From NCBI GenBank assembly GCA_024654575.1, contig JANLHG010000014.1, positions 24,745 to 88,744 on the forward strand: a stretch of DNA of 64,000 nucleotides, in the 5' to 3' direction. Position 1 is the stretch's first letter. The number at the start of each line of letters is the position of its first letter. This stretch comes from Patescibacteria group bacterium (GTDB lineage Bacteria; Patescibacteriota; Minisyncoccia; Phycocordibacterales; PALSA-1337). A program made the position numbers and the translations under genes. This document shows, piece after piece, positions 58,143 to 64,000 of the stretch. Below the pieces are notes generated by a model that ran no database searches, was not told the origin of the DNA, and was given only the letters and a program-made list of their open reading frames with translations.

Positions 58143-58685
58143 CTACTCTGGACTATTTTTTGTATGAGCTAATTCTAATTCCTTAAAAAATAAAAGAATT
58201 TTTACACCAGCTTTTTCTAAATCATTTTTAATGATCTCGTCTCCTCTATAAATTAAAGTATCCTTACCTCTTTTGTAGAAAAATGCTTTGAGGATTTCTC
58301 CCTTAAAACCAAGTCCATTCAAAATTTTAATAAAACTTTTATTTTTAACCCGATTTTGAGTAGATAAATTACCAAACTTTGATGGTAATTCATTTCTATT
58401 TATTTTTGTGTGTGGAGCTTGAGAACAAACATACTCAAAAAATTCGAGATTACTTCCAACGGCATGTGGTTTTCCTATAAGATATTCATTAACCCATATC
58501 TCTCGGTCTTTTATTAAAAGTTTAAACTTATTTGTAATTGAATTTACTGTTGGTTTTTTATTAATTAATTCTCTAAAACTTGCCTCATGTTCTTTACTCG
58601 TTGATAGGTCCAAAACTCTTGCCCTGTACGCTAGATATTTTGTCTCAAAATCGTCTGGTAATTCTATATATAAATCAGTAGCCAT
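58143..58685 (-). CDS. Hypothetical protein (possibly the 3' half of a frameshifted gene)
   Basis: MATDLY start; extended ORF overlaps the upstream ORF out of frame. Confidence 0.5.
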   Translation of the reverse strand: MATDLYIELPDDFETKYLAYRARVLDLSTSKEHEASFRELINKKPTVNSITNKFKLLIKDREIWVNEYLIGKPHAVGSNLEFFEYVCSQAPHTKINRNELPSKFGNLSTQNRVKNKSFIKILNGLGFKGEILKAFFYKRGKDTLIYRGDEIIKNDLEKAGVKILLFFKELELAHTKNSPE

Positions 58686-58689
58686 AAAA

Positions 58690-59217
58690 TTACATATAAT
58701 CTGGAAGAAAATCAAATCTATCTATCAAACCTTCTTTTTTAAGACTAAGGAGAAAATTTTCAAATTGAGGAAAGTCATCAATACCAAATTCTCTTATCCA
58801 GCTCCAATATTTTGATTGAGAAATTGTATACCTGTTTTTATTAGGATATATATCCCATTCATCTTTTAATTTTTTAAGAATGTAGAGTTTTTTTGAGTCA
58901 ACCTTACTTAGTCCTTCTAATCTATTTTCAAATTCAGTTATTTCATTTATTTGTTTTTGTCTTTGTTTGTGGGCTTTTATATCCGAATTTTTTACCTTTT
59001 CTTCTTCTGTTATTCTTATAGTCAACGGTGTTTCGTCAAATTTAGCGAAACATATAGGTCTTCCTGTTCGTTTTTCTGCTTCTTGAATTTGTTCATCTAT
59101 CTCTTTCAGTTCTTTTGGGTAGGGAGATCCAATACCCATTTGAAATCTACGAGTGGCTACACTTTCAATTTCTTTTTTTTGTTCGATTAAATTTAATAAG
59201 ATTTCTTCTGGGGTCAT
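58690..59217 (-). CDS. Hypothetical protein (possibly the 5' half of a frameshifted gene)
   Basis: Ends in wHTH-like FENFLLSLKKEGLI. Confidence 0.55.
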   Translation of the reverse strand: MTPEEILLNLIEQKKEIESVATRRFQMGIGSPYPKELKEIDEQIQEAEKRTGRPICFAKFDETPLTIRITEEEKVKNSDIKAHKQRQKQINEITEFENRLEGLSKVDSKKLYILKKLKDEWDIYPNKNRYTISQSKYWSWIREFGIDDFPQFENFLLSLKKEGLIDRFDFLPDYM

Positions 59218-59311
59218 TGTAATTGTAATTTATTCTAACTTTACTCTTTTTTACATTTTTTTCAAGCACGAAAAAACAAAGCATGAGTATGCTTTTTTTT
59301 AAGATAAAATC

Positions 59312-59533
59312 CTAGAAATTAAACAATTCGTTTAATTCAACACCGAGAGCTTTTGCAAGTTTCTCTATATTTTCAAGAGAGACATTTCTCTCTCCACGCT
59401 CTACGCCACCTATGTAACTTCGGTCCAAACCAGTCTTGAAAGATAGACTCATCTGGGAAGTTATACCTTTCTCAAGACGGAGATTTCTAATTCTATTACC
59501 AAACCTTTTGAGTATGTTACTTCCTTTAGTCAT
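59312..59533 (-). CDS. XRE HTH controller (C) protein of an R-M system
   Basis: FGNRIRNLR...SQ..L...TGLDRSYIGGVERGERNVSLENIEKLAKAL; C-boxes upstream. Confidence 0.85.
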   Translation of the reverse strand: MTKGSNILKRFGNRIRNLRLEKGITSQMSLSFKTGLDRSYIGGVERGERNVSLENIEKLAKALGVELNELFNF

Positions 59534-59551
59534 TTATAAAGCATAGTGCTG

Positions 59552-59626
59552 ATGAGGACTATAATGCGACGGACTATGAGTACCACTGTTTTTGTGGTAG
59601 ATTATTGCTTATAGGTACTTATAGTC
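59552..59626. promoter_or_regulatory. C-box operators (double before C gene, single before mod)
   Basis: Minus strand GTACTCATAGTC-CGT-CGCATTATAGTC; plus strand GTACTTATAGTC at 59615-59626. Confidence 0.75.
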
Positions 59627-59641
59627 ATCATTGTTCTGTTT

Positions 59642-61441
59642 ATGTCTCAAAAATTACAATTACAATCAAAACAATTTCAAAAAGTTGAGCAAGCGAAAGG
59701 TCGCCCACTTCTACAGTGGGTAGGCAAGAAGCCACTTGAAAGTGTGCAATTTTATCCTGCACAGGAGACCGAGGTGTACGGCGACAAAGGTACAAAGGAT
59801 TTCAATAAGATGTTTTGGGGTGATAACTTGCAGGTTCTCTCGCACCTCTTGAAAGAGTATCGTGGCAAGATTGATTTGATATACATTGACCCTCCGTTTG
59901 ATAGTAAGGCGGACTATGTTCGCAAAGTAAAAATACGAGGTGAAAAAATTGAAGGAACTGGACAGGGGATATTTGAAGAAAAGCAATACACTGACATCTG
60001 GGAGAGAGATGAGTTTTTGCAATTTATATACGAAAGATTGCTTTTAATGAAAGAGTTACTTTCTGATAAGGGAGTTATCTATCTTCATTGTGATTGGCAC
60101 AAAAGTGGCTATTTGAGATTGATTATGGATGAAGTATTCGGTGAAGATAATTTTAGAAATGAAATAATTTGGCACTACTTCGTATCGGGTAAGTATCCAA
60201 GTGAGTTTGCAAAAGACCACGACAATATATATGTATACTCAAAAAATAAAGATGTAACATTTAATTACGAAAAACAAGTAGATAAATCTTTGTATTATGA
60301 AAAGTATTTCAATAAGCAAATTGTTACAGGAAAAGACGGCAAAGAGTATTATGAATATAACGGAGAATTAAGAACATTTGAAAAACAAGTTTCTGAAACT
60401 TGGAATATGAATAAGATTAAAAGAGATGGTAAAGAGATAGTTGGTTATCCAACGCAGAAACCAGAGGAACTGTTAGAGAGAATAATAAGGACATCTTCAA
60501 ATGAAGGTGATGTAATAGCAGATTTCTTTATGGGCTCGGGGACTACCCAAGTGGTAGCACAGAAGCTCGGGCGTAGATGGATAGGGTGCGACATCAATCT
60601 CGGAGCTGTTCAGACAGCCACCAAGCGTCTCAATCAAATCATCATTGACCAGCAAGAAGAAAAGGCGAAAGGCTTCAATGGCTCACTCGGCTTCAAGGTG
60701 CTCAATGTGAATGACTACGATGTATTCAAAAATGAGCTTGAGGCGAAAGAAATCGTTATGGAGATGTATGGGGTTGAGCCAGTTAAGCGTATCTATTTTG
60801 ATGGTGTTATGGATAAGAACTTCGTGAAGGTTATGCCACTCAATCGTGTTCTCAACAAGATGGACATCCGCACCATGCTCAAGAGCGTTGGCGATAAACT
60901 AGATAGCTTCACAGTGAAAGCCAAGTCAAAGGCAGGAGAGGCGGTCTATGAAGAAGGTGTGCTGGTCATCTGCTCGGGCATGGAGCTAGATGTGGTGGAC
61001 TTCATCAAGAAAGAGAATAAGACGGGTGTGAAAATAGAGGTCCGAGACATTCTGACTGACAAGAAAAATCTTATCTTCAAGAAAAAACCAGAGGCAAAGA
61101 TTATCGTGAAAGCAGAAGACAAAAAACTCACTGTTGAGCTCAAGGATTTCTATTCGCCGATACTGATGCGAAAGTTGGAGATTGAGAATGAAAAAGTGCT
61201 CAAGAAAGAGAACAAGGCGAAGGTGGGCGACTTCAAGCAAATCATTGATAGTGTAGCGATAGATGTGGACTATAACGGCAAGCTGTTCAATGCCGAAGTG
61301 ATGGACCTGCCAGATAAGAAAGAGGTCATCAAAGCCAAGTATTCGTGGGAGTATCCGAAGAAAGGCAAGAATACTGTGGCAATAAAGATAGTGGATGTGC
61401 TCGGCGAAGAATACTTTGAAACCTTTGAAGTAAACGCATAA
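59642..61441 (+). CDS. mod: Type III R-M adenine methyltransferase Mod (beta class)
   Basis: GDNL, IYIDPPF, YPTQKPE, DFFMGSGTT; followed by res. Confidence 0.9.
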   Translation: MSQKLQLQSKQFQKVEQAKGRPLLQWVGKKPLESVQFYPAQETEVYGDKGTKDFNKMFWGDNLQVLSHLLKEYRGKIDLIYIDPPFDSKADYVRKVKIRGEKIEGTGQGIFEEKQYTDIWERDEFLQFIYERLLLMKELLSDKGVIYLHCDWHKSGYLRLIMDEVFGEDNFRNEIIWHYFVSGKYPSEFAKDHDNIYVYSKNKDVTFNYEKQVDKSLYYEKYFNKQIVTGKDGKEYYEYNGELRTFEKQVSETWNMNKIKRDGKEIVGYPTQKPEELLERIIRTSSNEGDVIADFFMGSGTTQVVAQKLGRRWIGCDINLGAVQTATKRLNQIIIDQQEEKAKGFNGSLGFKVLNVNDYDVFKNELEAKEIVMEMYGVEPVKRIYFDGVMDKNFVKVMPLNRVLNKMDIRTMLKSVGDKLDSFTVKAKSKAGEAVYEEGVLVICSGMELDVVDFIKKENKTGVKIEVRDILTDKKNLIFKKKPEAKIIVKAEDKKLTVELKDFYSPILMRKLEIENEKVLKKENKAKVGDFKQIIDSVAIDVDYNGKLFNAEVMDLPDKKEVIKAKYSWEYPKKGKNTVAIKIVDVLGEEYFETFEVNA

Positions 61442-61445
61442 TGCT

Positions 61446-64000
61446 ATGGATACTCTATTTCTACAAAACATCCAGAAGCAGGTTGAAAAGTGGCGTGCTG
61501 ATGGCTATAAGGGCGTGCATAAAGAGACCGAGAACATACTGTCGCATATAAGGCGTGTAGCTTTCCTACATGAGCCACAAGTAGAAGCACTGGAGACCTA
61601 TATCTATCTCAAGGAAGTAGTGGGTAATAAGCCATCCGTGGAGCTATTCCGACAAGCATTTGAAAGCGAGCTTGAGCTTATTCGTGCCCTCGGTATCTCT
61701 GAAAAGGAGGCGACTGAACTCGCCTATGACAAAAAGAAAAAAGAAAAGATACAAGCAATCCTTGATGAGAAGTTCGGGACCTCGGACTATGTAAATCAAG
61801 TCTATGCTCTCACTATGGGCTCGGGCAAGACCATCTTGATGGCAGTGATGATGCTCTACGACTTCGTGCTTTCGTTCTATCACAAAGATGATGGACGCTT
61901 CGCAAAGAACGCTCTAGTCTTCGCTCCCGACACCACAATTATTGAGAGCTTGAAAGAAATCAAGACCTTTGACTACTCACGAGTACTCCCGAAAGAATAC
62001 GAGAATATCATCTTGAACATCAAATATCACTACCTTGAAAGCACTGACACCTCCCTTGCTCCGAACGGGAACTACAATGTCATCGTCTCTAATTCACAGA
62101 AGATAATCTTGAAGACGAGGAATGAAAGTGGCGATGCTACCAAGCGTTTGTTTGGCGATAAGAATGAGCTCGGCAGACGAGAGGTTGAAAACATGCGATT
62201 GCAAGCAATACGACAGCTCGGCTCACTCCAGATTTTCGTGGATGAAGCCCATCACTCATACGGCAAGACGCTTGAAGGCACCTTGAAGAAAACACGCCAG
62301 ACGATTGATTATTTGCACAAGCATACTCCGCTTATTTCTGTGGTAAACCTCACGGGAACTCCGTATGTGAACAACAATATGATTTCCGATGTTGTGTATC
62401 ACTTCGGTCTCAAGCAGGGCATAGAGAAAGGTATTTTGAAGCAGGTCCGCATACTGGATTACGGCGTGGTTCGGTCCCAGAAGTTTCTTGAGGAAGTGAT
62501 TGATACTTTCGTTTCTGAATACGGCACGAAGCGACTGGAAGGGCGATTGCCGAAGATAGCTTTTTACGCATCAAACATTGATGATTTGCGAAACGACTTG
62601 AAGCCAAAGCTGGAGCGTGTGCTCATTGAGCGTAATATACTGCCGAGCACCATTCTTGAATACCATACACGGGCGGAAGAAAATGCCGATGACTTCAAAC
62701 AGCTTGATACCGCAGAAAGCAAAAAGCAGTTCGTGTTGCTCGTGGGTAAGGGCACCGAAGGGTGGAATTGCCGTTCACTTGTCTCTGTAGCTTTATATAG
62801 GAAGCCAAAGAGCACTATCCTCGTGCTTCAATCAACGACACGATGTCTCCGAGCCATTGGCGACAATTCTACTCGTGCACATATATTCCTTTCAAAAGAG
62901 AACTACAAGATACTTGATAAAGAGCTCAAGAATAACTTTGCTTCAAGCATCAGTGAGTTGAATGCACAGGACCAAAAAATGGTGGAGCATACGCTAGAGG
63001 TGCAGAAACGGAAAACCATCAAGGTTAAAAAGGTGCTCAAAGAGATTTTGTCGGTGCAGGAGGCGAACGCCGATAGCATCAAGATTGATTTCAAGGAGTT
63101 CAGTCCAGAGAAGTATCAGTCATTCGTGAGCGAGGGAGGCATCTTTCTTGGAGACGAAGGCACGGCTGGATATAGTGAAGCTCGGGCGGTCCGAAAGATA
63201 GAAGACAAGAACACTTTTACTTTCTACGAGATAGCGGAGGTCATCAATCGCTATACGCATTTGCCATGTGTTGTCATTGATAGCATCATTTCTGGCAGTG
63301 GTAAGAAGCGTGATGAGTTCGTAAAGATGGCAAACGATAATATCGCACTCGTGCCGTTCGTGGTGCAAGAAATCCTCAAGAGTGCCTATAAGTATGAAGA
63401 AAAGACCGAGACAGTTGAAGAAGAACTTGAGCTCACAAAACTCTTTCCGTTCAAAATCTCTGTCCAGCAAAGCAGAGATACTCTTGTAGTGTATAAGGAT
63501 ATAGAGGAGAGTATGAGTGGTAAAAGTCGTATTGGCTTCAATATAAATCCCTATGCTTTTGACAGTAGCGATGAAAAAGACCTTTTCAGATATTTGCGAG
63601 GCGTGCTTGATAAGGAGGAGACTATAAAGGATGTTTACTTCACAGGTGCTCGTGTTTGTGCTGACCCGAACAGAAATGATTTTTATTTTGAATATAGGGA
63701 CCCACAGAACGAACATAAAACAGCTCGTTATTTTCCAGATTTTCTTATTGAGACTTCAAATGAACGTTTTTTTGTTATTGAGACGAAAGGTGGGGAAGAA
63801 GAAGCCAACTACGAAGCAAATAAGAAATCCTACAATGGCAAGTTGGAAAACCTCACAAACGATATACTCGCAAAAGAAATCGGTTTCAATGATTTTCAGA
63901 GCATAAACAAGAACTTTGAATATCGCATCATTTTTAATGCCTCGCTCCAACGTGAACGGGTGCGATTGTTTGAGAAGTTAAAAGATATTAAGAGTAAGGG
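61446..64000 (+). CDS. res: Type III restriction endonuclease Res (runs off right edge)
   Basis: Manual translation MDTLFLQNIQ..., ALTMGSGKT, VDEAHH, TEGWN, YFPDFLI...IETKG (PD-(D/E)xK); absent from ORF track. Confidence 0.9.
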   Translation, partial: MDTLFLQNIQKQVEKWRADGYKGVHKETENILSHIRRVAFLHEPQVEALETYIYLKEVVGNKPSVELFRQAFESELELIRALGISEKEATELAYDKKKKEKIQAILDEKFGTSDYVNQVYALTMGSGKTILMAVMMLYDFVLSFYHKDDGRFAKNALVFAPDTTIIESLKEIKTFDYSRVLPKEYENIILNIKYHYLESTDTSLAPNGNYNVIVSNSQKIILKTRNESGDATKRLFGDKNELGRREVENMRLQAIRQLGSLQIFVDEAHHSYGKTLEGTLKKTRQTIDYLHKHTPLISVVNLTGTPYVNNNMISDVVYHFGLKQGIEKGILKQVRILDYGVVRSQKFLEEVIDTFVSEYGTKRLEGRLPKIAFYASNIDDLRNDLKPKLERVLIERNILPSTILEYHTRAEENADDFKQLDTAESKKQFVLLVGKGTEGWNCRSLVSVALYRKPKSTILVLQSTTRCLRAIGDNSTRAHIFLSKENYKILDKELKNNFASSISELNAQDQKMVEHTLEVQKRKTIKVKKVLKEILSVQEANADSIKIDFKEFSPEKYQSFVSEGGIFLGDEGTAGYSEARAVRKIEDKNTFTFYEIAEVINRYTHLPCVVIDSIISGSGKKRDEFVKMANDNIALVPFVVQEILKSAYKYEEKTETVEEELELTKLFPFKISVQQSRDTLVVYKDIEESMSGKSRIGFNINPYAFDSSDEKDLFRYLRGVLDKEETIKDVYFTGARVCADPNRNDFYFEYRDPQNEHKTARYFPDFLIETSNERFFVIETKGGEEEANYEANKKSYNGKLENLTNDILAKEIGFNDFQSINKNFEYRIIFNASLQRERVRLFEKLKDIKSK

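Larger units (their letters stand above)
52672..64000. mobile_element. tRNA-His-integrated element (integrase, primase module, Type III R-M); right end outside window
   Basis: Integrase abutting the tRNA 3' end; higher GC; replication and defence cargo. Confidence 0.85.

Noticed and set aside
59642-61441. Phase-variable mod (phasevarion)
   Set aside because: No simple-sequence repeat tract seen in the gene or its promoter
61644-63950. Several short ORFs in the track
   Set aside because: All overlap the long res frame starting at 61446, which the track omitted because it has no stop in the window

Overview
AT-rich, gene-dense bacterial chromosome segment in genetic code 11. Gene content (compact housekeeping genes, PilMNO, a chromosomal VirB4/PrgI locus, LysM-M23, tRNAs mostly without encoded CCA) points to Patescibacteria (CPR), probably Parcubacteria; this is inferred from gene content only. 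Left to right: the 5' end of dnaA with divergent rpmH-rnpA-yidC; an 11-gene T4SS-like membrane locus; rsmA and pcrA; a Firmicutes-type asnH-aslA-racD operon for D-Asp/D-Asn peptidoglycan cross-bridges; comM, pnp, rpsO, xer, xth and cca; a cluster of parS-like and DnaA-box sites near 28.6-30.9 kb; rny, clpP, tig, nusA, murE, ruvA and pilMNO; and nine tRNAs, including an unusual Arg-GCG. Two tRNA-integrated elements are present. One is a 1.5-kb decayed island at tRNA-Val that keeps both halves of a recombinase C-terminus and a GC-rich inverted-repeat pair. The other starts at tRNA-His and runs off the window; it carries a large serine recombinase with a structured 5' leader, a primase-ATPase module and a Type III R-M operon apparently controlled by a C-protein. 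Features missed by the ORF track include dnaA, rpmH, the Type III res gene and a 17-aa Cys-rich micro-ORF in its own transcription unit. All calls come from reading motifs by eye; no searches were run.
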